From: an uncultured delta proteobacterium
GTDB lineage: Bacteria > Myxococcota_A > Polyangia > Haliangiales > Haliangiaceae
DNA: 64,000 nucleotides
NCBI GenBank assembly: GCA_963848295.1
Contig: CAWKDB010000010.1
Span: 3,488,001-3,552,000 of the forward strand
Reading direction: 5' to 3'
Part shown: positions 34,453-46,800 of the stretch, piece by piece
Layout: every line of letters starts with the position of its first letter
How positions within the stretch are numbered: position 1 is the first letter of the stretch
Program-made: the position numbers and the translations under genes
Notes under the pieces: generated by a model
What the model was told of the DNA's origin: nothing
The model's database searches: none
Seen by the model: the letters and a program-made list of their open reading frames with translations, nothing else

Positions 34453-34945
34453 CCGGGCGACCGCGATGCGCGCGCAGTTCGACCGCGCGTTCGCCGAGCC
34501 GCCCAGGCCGAGCGCGCCGACGATGCGTGACTATCTCCTGGTCCGGATCGATGGACAGCCTCACGCGGTCGCGATGAACGAGATCGCGTCGCTGCACGCC
34601 GATCTTCGCGTGGCGCGCGTCCCGACGCCTGCTCCCGAGCTCTTGGGTGTCGCCGCGGTGCGCGCCGCACTCGTACCGGTCTACGACCTGCGCCTCGCGC
34701 TCGGTGCATCGGCCACCGCGGTCCCGCGCTGGGTCGTGCTCGTCCGCGGTGCGGCCGCCGGCTTCGCCTTCGACGGGTTCGACGGTCACGCCCGCTCGGA
34801 CCAGCAGCAAGACCAGGCCGCCGCGAAGATCGTCGCGTTCGGAGGGCGAGCTCATTCGCTCGTCGCGCTCCGCGAGCTACTCGGGTCGATTCAAGCGCGC
34901 TGGATGAATTCGGTGGATCGCCGCGGGGCGATCGAGGAGACATGA
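34442..34945 (+). CDS. cheW: Second CheW-like protein
   Basis: VPTPAPELLGVAAVRAALVPVYDL. Confidence 0.8.
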   Translation: MSDDRATAMRAQFDRAFAEPPRPSAPTMRDYLLVRIDGQPHAVAMNEIASLHADLRVARVPTPAPELLGVAAVRAALVPVYDLRLALGASATAVPRWVVLVRGAAAGFAFDGFDGHARSDQQQDQAAAKIVAFGGRAHSLVALRELLGSIQARWMNSVDRRGAIEET

Positions 34946-34946
34946 C

Positions 34947-36416
34947 ATGTTTCGGAACTGGACGTTTGGTCGCAAAGTCGGTGCAGGGTTCGCGGTCGCG
35001 GCTATCGCGCTCGCGGTCATCGCGGTCACCGGCTACCGCAGCGCGAAGTCATTGATCGCGAACGACGAGCTCGTCGAGCGCACCCAGCAGGTCCGCCGTC
35101 AGATCGCGGAGGTGCTCACCCAGATGGATAACGCCGAGACCGGCCAGCGCGGCTACGTGATCACCGCGCAGGATTCGTTCCTCGCACCGTATACCGCCGG
35201 AACCGCGGCGGTGAAGTCCGTGGTCGAGGAGCTGCGACGGTTGACGAGCGACAACCCGAACCAACAGGCGAGACTCGATCGCCTACAGCCGCTCATCCAG
35301 CGCAAGCTCGACGAGCTGCAGTCGGTCATCGATACGCGGAAGGCGTCGGGGCTCGAAGCGGCGGCGACCACCGTGTCCGCGGGTGAAGGCAAGCGCACCA
35401 TGGATGACGTGCGCAGCATCCTCGACGACATGGACCGGGAGGAGGTGACGCTGCTCGACACCCGACGTCACGAGGCCGAGTCGAGCACCGAGCTCACGAC
35501 CATCGTGATCGAATGGGGCAGCGGCCTGGCGATCGCGCTGACGATCCTGGTCGGTTGGCTGATCACGAGCTCGCTGTCGAAGCAGGTCGGAACTGCGGTC
35601 CGCCACATCCAGAGCTCTTCGACAGAGCTCCAGGCCGCCGCGAACCAACAGGCGAGCGGCTCGCGCGAGCAATCGACTGCGATGACCGAGATCGCGACGA
35701 CGATCAGCGAGTTGCTCGCGACGTCCCGGCAGATCGCGGAGAGCGCGCAACGGGTGTCGCAGATCGCAGGGCAGACCGCCGGTTCGGCTCGCGCGGGCGA
35801 TGCGACAGTCGGCAAAGGCAACGAAGCGATCGCGACCGTCCGGCGTCAGGTCGACCTCATCGTCGGCCACATGCTCGATCTCGGGAAGAAGTCGCAGCAG
35901 GTCGGTGCCGTGCTCGATATCGTCGCGGAGCTCGCCGAACAAACGAACATCCTCGCGATCAACGCGACGATCGAGGCGGCCGGTGCCGGAGAAGTCGGTC
36001 GCCGGTTCGGCGTCGTCGCCGACGAGATCCGCAAGCTCGCCGATCGCGTGGCCGGCTCGACCAAGGAGATCCGCACGATGGTCGAGGACGTGCGCAGCGC
36101 CGTCAACACGACGGTGATGGCGACCGAGTCGGGTAGCAAGGCCGTCGACCTCGGAGGCACGCAGGTGTCCGAGATGGCGGTCGCGTTCCGGCAGATCGCG
36201 AGCCTCGTCGGGACGACGACCGACGCGGCCCGAGAGATCGAGCTGTCGACCAAACAGCAAGCGACCGCGGTCGAGCAGGTCAACATCGCGATCACGAACG
36301 TCGCGCAAGCGACACGGGAGAACGAAGCGAGCGCGTCGCAGACGCTGCAGACGTCATCACAGCTCGCCCAGCTATCGAGCGAGCTCATGAAGATCGTGCA
36401 GGCGACGGCTGGCTGA
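34947..36416 (+). CDS. Methyl-accepting chemotaxis protein with CHASE3 sensor
   Basis: TM-CHASE3 (AETGQRGYVIT..LTSDNPNQ)-TM, and hairpin tip AEQTNILAINATIEAAGAGEVGRRFGVVADEIRKLA. Confidence 0.95.
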   Translation: MFRNWTFGRKVGAGFAVAAIALAVIAVTGYRSAKSLIANDELVERTQQVRRQIAEVLTQMDNAETGQRGYVITAQDSFLAPYTAGTAAVKSVVEELRRLTSDNPNQQARLDRLQPLIQRKLDELQSVIDTRKASGLEAAATTVSAGEGKRTMDDVRSILDDMDREEVTLLDTRRHEAESSTELTTIVIEWGSGLAIALTILVGWLITSSLSKQVGTAVRHIQSSSTELQAAANQQASGSREQSTAMTEIATTISELLATSRQIAESAQRVSQIAGQTAGSARAGDATVGKGNEAIATVRRQVDLIVGHMLDLGKKSQQVGAVLDIVAELAEQTNILAINATIEAAGAGEVGRRFGVVADEIRKLADRVAGSTKEIRTMVEDVRSAVNTTVMATESGSKAVDLGGTQVSEMAVAFRQIASLVGTTTDAAREIELSTKQQATAVEQVNIAITNVAQATRENEASASQTLQTSSQLAQLSSELMKIVQATAG

Positions 36417-38302
36417 TGGCCTCGGACCCGTACAAGTACTTCCGGATCGAAGCGCACGACCTCGTCGATCAGCTCGGCAAGGGGCTGCTCGATCTCGAGA
36501 AGCGCGGCGATGCCGAGCTCGTCGCTCGCCTGTTGCGCCTGGCCCACACGCTCAAGGGTGCGGCGCGAATCGTCAAGCACCGCGAGCTCGCGGACCTCGC
36601 GCATGCGGTCGAGGACGCGCTCGCACCGTTGCGCGATCACCCGGTTCCTCAGCGCGCGGACGCGGCGTTCGCGCTCGTCGATCGCATGGCGGCACAGGTC
36701 GCCTCGCTCCCTGCACCGCAAGGCGGGACCGCGGCGCAGCCACCGTCGGCGGCGCCCGCACCGGTCGATACCGCACCGACGCTGCCGCGCGCCGATGCGT
36801 CGGCGATCGACGAGGTGCTCGGCGGCCTCGCCGAGGCTCACGCCCTGCTCGGTCGACTGCGAGCCGACCGCGACCCGGCGACGGTCGCCCAGCGCATCGA
36901 GCATCTCGACCGCGAGCTCGGCAACGTGCGACACGACGTCGAGCGGCTCCGCCTGCTCCCCGCGAGCTCGGTGTTCACCTCGCTCGAACGAACCGCGCGA
37001 GATAGCGCGCTGGCCGCGGGCAAGCGTGTCGAGTTCTCGGGCAAGAACGGAGAGGTTCGGCTCGACGCGCACGTGCTCAGCGTCCTGCACGGTGCGCTCG
37101 TCCAGCTCGTGCGCAATGCGGTCGCCCATGGCATCGAGGCCCCGGCCGGGCGTGGCTCCGCCGGCAAGGCCGTTGAAGGGAGAGTCGAGATCAGCTTCGA
37201 GCTCCGCGGCGGCCGCGTCGTCGTCACGTGCAGCGACGACGGGCGCGGGATCGACGTCGGTGCAGTGCGACGCGCGATGACGGCGCGGGGCGTGGCCGGG
37301 GTGAAGCAGATGAGCGACGACGAGCTCCTGCGGCTGCTGCTGCGCGGCGGAATCACGACCGCGACCGAGGTCAGCGAGCACGCCGGCCGAGGAATCGGGC
37401 TCGACGTGGTGCACGAGGCTGCCCGCGAAGTTGGCGGTGAGGTGACGGCGCGGACTACCGCAGGCGTCGGAACGACGATCACGATCTCGACCCCGGCGTC
37501 CCTCGCCGCGGTCGCGGTGCTCGCGGTGGAGGCGGGTGGCCAGGTCGCCGCGATCCCTCACGCCGCGATCCGGCGCGTCCTGCATCTCGCCTCCGATACC
37601 GTGACCCTCACGTCCGAAGGCTCGTGCGTCGCGTACGAGTCGACCACGATCCCGTTCGCGCTGCTCGGCCCGTTGCTCGGCGCGCGCGGCGAGCCCGGCC
37701 GCGCGATGGTGGTGCTCGACGGCGGCGGCGGGTTGATCGCGCTCGGCGTGGACCGTACGCTCGGGATCGAGGAGTCCGTCGTGCGAGCGCTGGCGTCCGA
37801 GGTCCCCGTCGATCCGATCGTGTGGGGCATCGCGCTCGATGCCGAGGGCCATCCGCGCGCGGTGCTCGATCCGATCGCGCTTGCCGCCGCGGCGCGACGG
37901 GCCCCCGTCGAGCTCGGGCCCGCGGTCGCGCGCGCACTTCCGATCCTCGTGGTCGACGACTCGCTCACCACGCGCATGCTCGAGCAGAGCATCCTCGAAT
38001 CGGCCGGTTACGCGGTCGAGGTCGCGACCTCGGGAGAGGAAGCGCTGGAGCGGCTGTCTCGAAATTCCTACGCGCTGCTGCTCGTCGATGTCGAGATGCC
38101 GGGCATGGACGGGTTCACGCTGATCGCCGAGCTGCGCTCGAGGCGCGAGCTCGCCGGGATCCCCGCGATCCTCGTGACGTCGCGCAACGCGCCGGAGGAC
38201 CGCAGACGCGGCGTGACGGTCGGTGCACAGGGCTACGTCGTGAAGAGTGACTTCGATCAAGTGGCGCTGCTCGCGATGATCGACCGGTTGGTGCACACGT
38301 GA
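36416..38302 (+). CDS. cheA: CheA-REC hybrid kinase (WspE/ACF type)
   Basis: Hpt AHTLKG, RNAVAHGIE, DDGRG, GRGIGL, a CheW domain and a C-terminal receiver. Confidence 0.93.
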   Translation: MASDPYKYFRIEAHDLVDQLGKGLLDLEKRGDAELVARLLRLAHTLKGAARIVKHRELADLAHAVEDALAPLRDHPVPQRADAAFALVDRMAAQVASLPAPQGGTAAQPPSAAPAPVDTAPTLPRADASAIDEVLGGLAEAHALLGRLRADRDPATVAQRIEHLDRELGNVRHDVERLRLLPASSVFTSLERTARDSALAAGKRVEFSGKNGEVRLDAHVLSVLHGALVQLVRNAVAHGIEAPAGRGSAGKAVEGRVEISFELRGGRVVVTCSDDGRGIDVGAVRRAMTARGVAGVKQMSDDELLRLLLRGGITTATEVSEHAGRGIGLDVVHEAAREVGGEVTARTTAGVGTTITISTPASLAAVAVLAVEAGGQVAAIPHAAIRRVLHLASDTVTLTSEGSCVAYESTTIPFALLGPLLGARGEPGRAMVVLDGGGGLIALGVDRTLGIEESVVRALASEVPVDPIVWGIALDAEGHPRAVLDPIALAAAARRAPVELGPAVARALPILVVDDSLTTRMLEQSILESAGYAVEVATSGEEALERLSRNSYALLLVDVEMPGMDGFTLIAELRSRRELAGIPAILVTSRNAPEDRRRGVTVGAQGYVVKSDFDQVALLAMIDRLVHT

Positions 38303-39350
38303 TCCGGGTGCTCGTCGTCGATGACTCGGCCACGGTGCGTGCGCGCCTCGTCGAGATCCTCGGCACCGCGTCGGACATCGAGGTGGTCGGCGAGGCCAGC
38401 GACGGCCGACGCGCCGTCGAGCTCACCGCCGCGCTGCGGCCCGACGTCGTGACGCTCGATCTCGCGCTTCCCGAAATGAACGGGTTCGCCGCGACCGAGC
38501 AGATCATGGCGCATCATCCGACGCCGATCTTGATCGTCTCGGCGTCGTTCAACCGGGGCGAGCTGTTCGACACCTACGAGGCGCTCGCGGCCGGGGCGGT
38601 CGACGTGCTCGAGAAGCCGGGGGATGACGACGACGAGTGGGAGCAGCGGTTCTTGTCGGCGGTGCGCATGGTCGCGAAGATCCGAGTGATCACCCATCCG
38701 CGCGCCCGGCTCGCGCCCTATGGCCGTGGCACGGTGCGCACGATCCCGCCGCCCGCGATCGGAGCAGCCCGGCGACCGGAGCTGATCGCGTTGGGCGCCT
38801 CGACCGGAGGGCCGGCCGCCCTCGCCGAGGTGATCGCTGCGATCCCGCGGGGAGTGCTCACACCGATCGTCGTCGTGCTTCATATCGGAGCGCCGTTCGC
38901 GACCGCGTTCGCGGACTGGTTGAGCGAACGCACGTCGCGGCGGACACGTGTCGTCGCCGATGGCGATGTGATCGAGGCGCAGGCGGGCCAGCTGTGGTTC
39001 GCACCTCCCGACCGCCACCTCGTGATCGAAGGGCGCCGGCTGCGCCTCGATTCGGGACCCGAGCGCCATCACTGCCGTCCGTCGATCGACGTGCTGTTCG
39101 AATCGATCGCGGCGTCCTACGCGGATCGCGCGGCCGGGTGCCTGCTCACCGGGATGGGGCGCGATGGCGCCGCGGGCCTGCTCGCGATCCGACGCGCAGG
39201 TGGGTTCACGATCGCGCAAGACGAAGCGACCTCGATCGTCTACGGCATGCCGCGGGAGGCCGCGCTCCTCGGCGCCGCCCAGCAGGTGCTGCCTTTGCAC
39301 GAGATCGGTCCGGCGATCGCGAGACTGACCGAGCTTCGCGAGGTCGAGCG

Positions 39351-39354
<4 letters not shown>
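38299..39354 (+). CDS. cheB: CheB methylesterase response regulator
   Basis: REC followed by GASTGG, VLHI, RPSID and LTGMGRDG. Confidence 0.95.
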
Positions 39355-41312
<1,958 letters not shown>

Positions 41313-41344
41313 GGCTCGACGAGCGACTATAATGGCCGAGTCAT

Positions 41345-43396
41345 ATGGGTGAGGGGGGATTGACGGCACGGAACGTAAGGATCCTGTTCGTCGAGGATTC
41401 GGAAGACGACGCGCTCCTGCTCATCCGCGAGCTGACGCGCGGCGGATACGCGGTCGATTCGCAGCGCGTTCACGCCGAGGACACGCTGCGCGATGCGTTG
41501 CGGCAACCGTGGGACGTCGTGATCTCGGACTTCTCGATGCCAGACTTCTCCGGGCTTCAGGCGTTCGAGATCCTCCGCGCGGTAGCACCCGAGCTTCCGG
41601 TGATCTTCGTCTCGGGCGTCCTCGGCGAGGAGCGCGCCGTGGAAGCGATGCGACTCGGGGCGCGGGACTACTTCGTGAAGGGCAAGATCAGCCGGCTGTG
41701 CGCCGCGGTCGGCCGAGAGCTCGGAGAAGCCGACAACCTCCGAAAGCGCCTCGAGGCGGAGCGCGCGCTCGCGCGGGAAGAGCGCCGCTATCGCAGCATC
41801 TTCGAGTCGGCGTCGGTCGGGATCATCGAGATCGACCTCGCGAGCATCGGGATCATGATCGATGCGATTCCGCCGGAACATCGAACGGACGTACGCGCGT
41901 GGCTGCGCTCGAGCGCCGATTCCGTCGGCCGGGCGGCTCGCCAGATCCGCGTGGTCGCGGCGAATCGGGCCGCGAAAGGGATGTTCGCGGTGGCCACGCT
42001 CGACCAGCTGAGCGCGTTCATCGCCGGTCGCGCGGCGGGGTCGAGCAGCGTGTGGGATCCGCTGCTCGAAGCGATCGCGCTCGGCAAGACCTCGTTCGAA
42101 CGCGAGGTCGAGATCGAGACCCCGGACAAGCACGTCGTCAACGTGCTGCTGTCCGCAACGCTCCCCGACGACCACGCGGATCTCGGGAACGTCGTGTTCG
42201 CGATCGTCGATCTCGCCGAACGCCGGCGGCTCGAAAACCAGATGCGGGCCGTGCAGCGGATGGAGTCCGTCGGCCGGCTCGCCGGCGGGATCGCTCACGA
42301 CTTCAACAACATCCTCGCCGTGGTCACGACCTATGCGGGCTTCGTGGCCGAAGACAACGGCCTGAGCGAACGCGCTCGCGAAGATGTCGCCGCGATCATC
42401 GGAGCGGCGAAGCGCGCGGCCACCCTGACTCAGCAGCTGCTCGCGTTCAGTCGTCGCCAGCGGCAGCATCCCGTGGTGCTCGACTTGAACGCGACGGTGC
42501 GCGGCTTTCACCTGATGATCCGACGCGTCGTCGGTGAGGACGTCCACCTCGCGCTTCACCTCGGCGATCGCCTCGGTCATATCCGTGCGGATCCGAGTCA
42601 GCTCGAACAGGTGCTGCTGAACTTGGTCGTCAATGCCCGCGACGCGATGCCGACCGGCGGGCGGCTCACGCTGGAGACCGCGAACGCCGAGCTCGGAGCC
42701 GACTACGGCCTCGACAAGCTCGCCGAGGTTCCACCGGGGAGCTACGTCTCGTTGACGGTCAGCGATTCCGGCACCGGCATGGACGAGGCCACGCGGTCGC
42801 GCGCCTTCGAGCCGTTCTTCACGACCAAGGCCGCAGGTAAGGGGACGGGTCTCGGCCTCTCGACGGTCTACGGCATCGTGAAGCAGACCGGTGGCTTCGT
42901 GTGGATCTATAGCGAGCCCGGTCACGGTACCGCGTTCAAGATCTACTTCCCACGAACCGAAGAGGCGCATCGGACGGTCGCGAAGCCGGCGTCGGTCTCG
43001 GTCGTCGACGGTACGGAGACCATCGTGCTCGCGGAGGACGAGGTCCAGGTCCGGCGTGCGCTCCGCCGGATCCTCGAGAAGCACGGCTATCAAGTCCTCG
43101 AAGCGTTAGATCCGGCGCACGCGTTGCGGCTGTGCGAGGAACACCCCGGGCCCATCGACCTGCTGCTGACCGACGTGGTGATGCCGAACATGAGCGGTAG
43201 CGAGCTCGCCGAGGGTGCGCGCGCGCTGCGCCCGCAGCTCAAGACGGTGTTCATGTCGGGCTACACGGCCACCGCGATCGTCGACCACGGCATGTTGGGC
43301 GCCGACGAGGCCTACCTGACCAAGCCGTTCACGCGAGACGAATTGCTGCAGCGCCTGCGCGAGGTGCTGGACAAGGGCGACCCGACGAGGTCGTGA
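41345..43396 (+). CDS. Hybrid kinase (REC-PAS-HisKA-HATPase-REC)
   Basis: VEDSEDD receiver, [31 protein letters not shown] and a C-terminal REC. Confidence 0.92.
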   Translation: MGEGGLTARNVRILFVEDSEDDALLLIRELTRGGYAVDSQRVHAEDTLRDALRQPWDVVISDFSMPDFSGLQAFEILRAVAPELPVIFVSGVLGEERAVEAMRLGARDYFVKGKISRLCAAVGRELGEADNLRKRLEAERALAREERRYRSIFESASVGIIEIDLASIGIMIDAIPPEHRTDVRAWLRSSADSVGRAARQIRVVAANRAAKGMFAVATLDQLSAFIAGRAAGSSSVWDPLLEAIALGKTSFEREVEIETPDKHVVNVLLSATLPDDHADLGNVVFAIVDLAERRRLENQMRAVQRMESVGRLAGGIAHDFNNILAVVTTYAGFVAEDNGLSERAREDVAAIIGAAKRAATLTQQLLAFSRRQRQHPVVLDLNATVRGFHLMIRRVVGEDVHLALHLGDRLGHIRADPSQLEQVLLNLVVNARDAMPTGGRLTLETANAELGADYGLDKLAEVPPGSYVSLTVSDSGTGMDEATRSRAFEPFFTTKAAGKGTGLGLSTVYGIVKQTGGFVWIYSEPGHGTAFKIYFPRTEEAHRTVAKPASVSVVDGTETIVLAEDEVQVRRALRRILEKHGYQVLEALDPAHALRLCEEHPGPIDLLLTDVVMPNMSGSELAEGARALRPQLKTVFMSGYTATAIVDHGMLGADEAYLTKPFTRDELLQRLREVLDKGDPTRS

Positions 43397-43407
43397 TCGC
43401 GGCTCGG

Positions 43408-43430
43408 CGTCGGTGCCACAAAACGGGACA
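43408..43430. repeat. 23-bp exact repeat, copy 2; candidate operator
   Basis: Identical to 32361..32383. Intergenic, about 150 bp upstream of the next kinase operon. Confidence 0.75.
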
Positions 43431-43579
43431 TGTGGTCGGGCGGCGACCATCGCGCTTTACGTTTCTTCACATCGGTCGCGGCCACTCTCACTGGAACCCA
43501 ACGCAGCGCCGACTCCTCCGGACGGTGGAACGTGAGAGGCTGAGGTCATGTTTCACGCGGGTTGGGGCAGGGACTCGCG

Positions 43580-46414
43580 TTGAGGTTCACGCTTCGCTTC
43601 AAGCTGTTCGCGATCGTCGCGGTGTCGGCGGTCGCGCTGATCGTGTCGACGATCTCGAGCAGCGTCTCGGAACGTGCGGTCGAGGCTCAGGTCGACAGCA
43701 TCCGCGACACCTATCTTCCAAAGATCCGGCTGCGGCCCGAGCTCGAGAATGCGTTCGAGCATTGCGTCCGGACCATCCAGGGTGCGGCCGAGGCCGCCGA
43801 CGCGGACTTGCTCGTCCCGGCGTCGGGTGATCGCGAAGCCGTCCTCCGGCTGATCGATACGCGCGATGCGATGACGGTCGGGCAGAGCGCGGCGCTGAGG
43901 CTCGCATTCGACGACTACTTCGACTCGGCGATGAGCGTGTCGCGCCGGATGATCGCGGGCGAATCGGCGAGCGCGGTGGCACCGCAGGCGCAAGACATGC
44001 TGGCGAAGCGCAAGCGGTTCGAGAGCCTCATCGGTCAGACCACGGCGTTCGACGAGCACGCGCTCGACGAAGCCTTCGCCGCCACGAAAGCGGAGCAGAA
44101 GACGGCGATGGTCATCCGGCTCGTGGTCGGCGGCGTCTGCCTCGCCGCGATGCTCGCGCTGTCGCTGTGGATCGGCAGCGCGTTGTTCGCGAACCTCGGC
44201 GCGCTCGTGGCCGGGTTCGAGCGCTTCGGTCGCAAGGAGTTCGCGACGCCGATCGCTCCGACGAGCCAGGACGAGCTGAGCGAGGTCGCGACCCAAGCGA
44301 ACCGGATGGCCGACGAGCTGTTCCGACTCGATCTCGAACGCGCACAGAGTGAGTGGGTGAAGACCGGCCTCGCCGGGTTGAGCGACGAGCTTCGAGGCGA
44401 GCTCGATCCTCAGGAAGTTGCAGATCGCACCGTCACCTACCTCGCGCGCTACGTCCAAGCGCCGGTCGGGGCCTTGTACTGCAAGTCGGTCGAAGGATCG
44501 TTCGAGCTGCTCGGCAGCTATGCGGTCCCGGAGGGTCATGCGCCCCGCGAGTTCGGAATCGGCCAAGGCCTCGTCGGTCAGGCGGCGACGCGCAGCAAGA
44601 TCACGATCATCGAGGCTCCCGACGCGGCAAGTCTCCCGCTCCGATCCGGGCTGGTCGACACCAAGTCACGCGCGCTGGTCCTGATGCCGCTCGCGCGCGG
44701 AGCGGTGGTGTCGGGCGTGCTCGAGCTCGCCGCGATCCAACCCTGGCGCGAGCTCGACAGCGAGCTGCTGTCCTTGGCGAGCGAGATGATCGCGATCGCC
44801 TTGGAGGTCGCGGCGGCGCGCGCATCGACGAAGGCGTTGCTCGATCAGACGAGGCAACAGGCGCGGGAGCTGGAGCTCGCCGGTGCGACGCTCGAACAGC
44901 GAGCGACCGAGCTCGCGAGGGCCAGCGCCTACAAGTCTCAGTTCCTGGCCAACATGTCGCACGAGCTGCGAACCCCGCTGAACGCGATCATCGGCTTCTC
45001 CGAGCTCATGTACGACGGCTCGGTCCCGCTCGACGCCCAGACGACGCACGAATACCTAGGCGACATCCTGACCAGCGGTCGCCATCTGCTCCAGCTGATC
45101 AACGACGTGCTCGATCTCGCGAAGGTCGAGGCCGGCAAGCTCGAGTTCCAGCCCGAACCGCTCGAGCTATCTCGCGTGGTGCGCGAGGTGCTCGCGGTGT
45201 TGCGCACGACGAGCGCGAAACAACAAGTCGAGATCACGACCGAGCTCGATCCATCCGTCGATCGGCTCGTGCTGGATCCGGGACGGCTCAAGCAGGTCCT
45301 CTACAACTACATCTCGAACGCGCTCAAGTTCACGCCGCCGCGCGGTCGCGTGACCATTCGTGCGTCCGCCGAATCGACGGATCGCGTCCGCATCGAGGTC
45401 CAGGACACCGGGGTAGGGATCGCACCGGATGATGTCGGGCGGTTATTCGGCGAGTTCCAGCAGACCGACGAAGGCGCGCGCAGGCAGGGCGGGACCGGGC
45501 TCGGGCTCGCGCTGACGAAGCGGCTGGTCGAGGCTCAGGGTGGTGAGGTCGGCGTGCGCAGCACGGTCGGGATCGGGAGTACGTTCTTCGCGATCCTGCC
45601 TCGTGCGAGCGGAGCTCCGTCTCCCGCGCCGAGCACGCTCAAGGTCGTGCACGGCCGCGTCGGCGCGCCGACGATCCTCGTCGTCGAGGACGATCCCGTC
45701 GACCGCGACCGTCTCGTGGCCGCGCTGTCGAACGCCGGCTACGGTGTGGAGACCGTCGCGACCGGCGCGGAGGCCATCGACCGCGGCGCCACCCGCGCGT
45801 ACGACGCCATCACGCTCGACTTGCTGTTGCCGGACATGAGCGGGCTCGACGTCCTGCACCGCCTGCGCGAGGGTCCGAACGGCAAGGTCCCGGTCATCGT
45901 CGTCACGGTCGTCGCCGAGCCCGGGAGCGTCGCGGGCTTCGAAGTGCACGACGTGCTCGCCAAGCCGTTGGCCGAGCCCGCGCTGCTGGCGTCCCTCCGC
46001 AGCGCCGGCGTACACGCCGAGGGCGGGCGCGCGATCGTGCTCGTCGTCGACGATGATCAAGCCTCGCTCAAGGTCATGGCCGCGTCGCTCGGCCGGCTCG
46101 GCTACCTCGCGGTGTGCGAGCAAGACCCGGTGCGCGGGCTGCGTGCCGCCACGGAAGAACCGCCGTCCGCGATCGTGCTGGACCTGTTGATGCCCGGGAT
46201 GACCGGCTTCGAGTTCCTCGAGAAATTTCGCACCACCGATGCGGCGCGCAAGGTGCCGGTGATCGTGTGGACGAGCAAAGACCTCGCCGCGGAGGAGCTC
46301 GCTCGACTCCGCAGCGCGGCGCACGCCGTGATCTCCAAGGGTCACGACGGCACCGCGCGCGTGCTCGCGGAGCTCGCTGCCTCTCTCCCGCTACGGATCG
46401 CGAGGAGCTCGTGA
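43580..46414 (+). CDS. Membrane hybrid kinase (TM-sensor-TM-HAMP-GAF-HisKA-HATPase-REC-REC)
   Basis: Two TM segments, HAMP DELSEVA, GAF GQGLVGQAA, FLANMSHELRTPL and two receivers. Start TTG 43562 or 43580. Confidence 0.92.
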   Translation: MRFTLRFKLFAIVAVSAVALIVSTISSSVSERAVEAQVDSIRDTYLPKIRLRPELENAFEHCVRTIQGAAEAADADLLVPASGDREAVLRLIDTRDAMTVGQSAALRLAFDDYFDSAMSVSRRMIAGESASAVAPQAQDMLAKRKRFESLIGQTTAFDEHALDEAFAATKAEQKTAMVIRLVVGGVCLAAMLALSLWIGSALFANLGALVAGFERFGRKEFATPIAPTSQDELSEVATQANRMADELFRLDLERAQSEWVKTGLAGLSDELRGELDPQEVADRTVTYLARYVQAPVGALYCKSVEGSFELLGSYAVPEGHAPREFGIGQGLVGQAATRSKITIIEAPDAASLPLRSGLVDTKSRALVLMPLARGAVVSGVLELAAIQPWRELDSELLSLASEMIAIALEVAAARASTKALLDQTRQQARELELAGATLEQRATELARASAYKSQFLANMSHELRTPLNAIIGFSELMYDGSVPLDAQTTHEYLGDILTSGRHLLQLINDVLDLAKVEAGKLEFQPEPLELSRVVREVLAVLRTTSAKQQVEITTELDPSVDRLVLDPGRLKQVLYNYISNALKFTPPRGRVTIRASAESTDRVRIEVQDTGVGIAPDDVGRLFGEFQQTDEGARRQGGTGLGLALTKRLVEAQGGEVGVRSTVGIGSTFFAILPRASGAPSPAPSTLKVVHGRVGAPTILVVEDDPVDRDRLVAALSNAGYGVETVATGAEAIDRGATRAYDAITLDLLLPDMSGLDVLHRLREGPNGKVPVIVVTVVAEPGSVAGFEVHDVLAKPLAEPALLASLRSAGVHAEGGRAIVLVVDDDQASLKVMAASLGRLGYLAVCEQDPVRGLRAATEEPPSAIVLDLLMPGMTGFEFLEKFRTTDAARKVPVIVWTSKDLAAEELARLRSAAHAVISKGHDGTARVLAELAASLPLRIARSS

Positions 46415-46800
46415 GCGATGCGCCGGTCCACGTGTTGGTGGTCGACGACGTCGAGCTCAACCTCAAGCTCATCGCGGCGCTGTTGACCGCCAATGGTTTC
46501 GCGGTGCAGACCGCGACGTCGGCGGAGTCGGGGCTCGCGTTGCTCCAGGGCCAGCCGTTTCGCGTGCTGTTGATCGACCTCCGCCTCCCGGGCATGGATG
46601 GTCTCACGCTGACGCGCACGCTCCGCGCCGCCCCCGCATACCGCGACCTCGTGATCATCGCGGTCACCGCAAACGCGATGAAAGCCGACGAAGACAGCGC
46701 GATCGCGGCCGGCTGTGACGCGTTCGTGAGCAAGCCGATCAACACCCGCGGCTTGGTCCCGTTGGTCAAGGAGCTCCTCGCCAAGGGGCCGCGTCCATGA
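46411..46800 (+). CDS. Single-domain response regulator (DivK-like)
   Basis: VVDDVELN, IDLRLPGMDG, VTANAM and SKP. Overlaps both neighbours. Confidence 0.9.
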   Translation: MSDAPVHVLVVDDVELNLKLIAALLTANGFAVQTATSAESGLALLQGQPFRVLLIDLRLPGMDGLTLTRTLRAAPAYRDLVIIAVTANAMKADEDSAIAAGCDAFVSKPINTRGLVPLVKELLAKGPRP

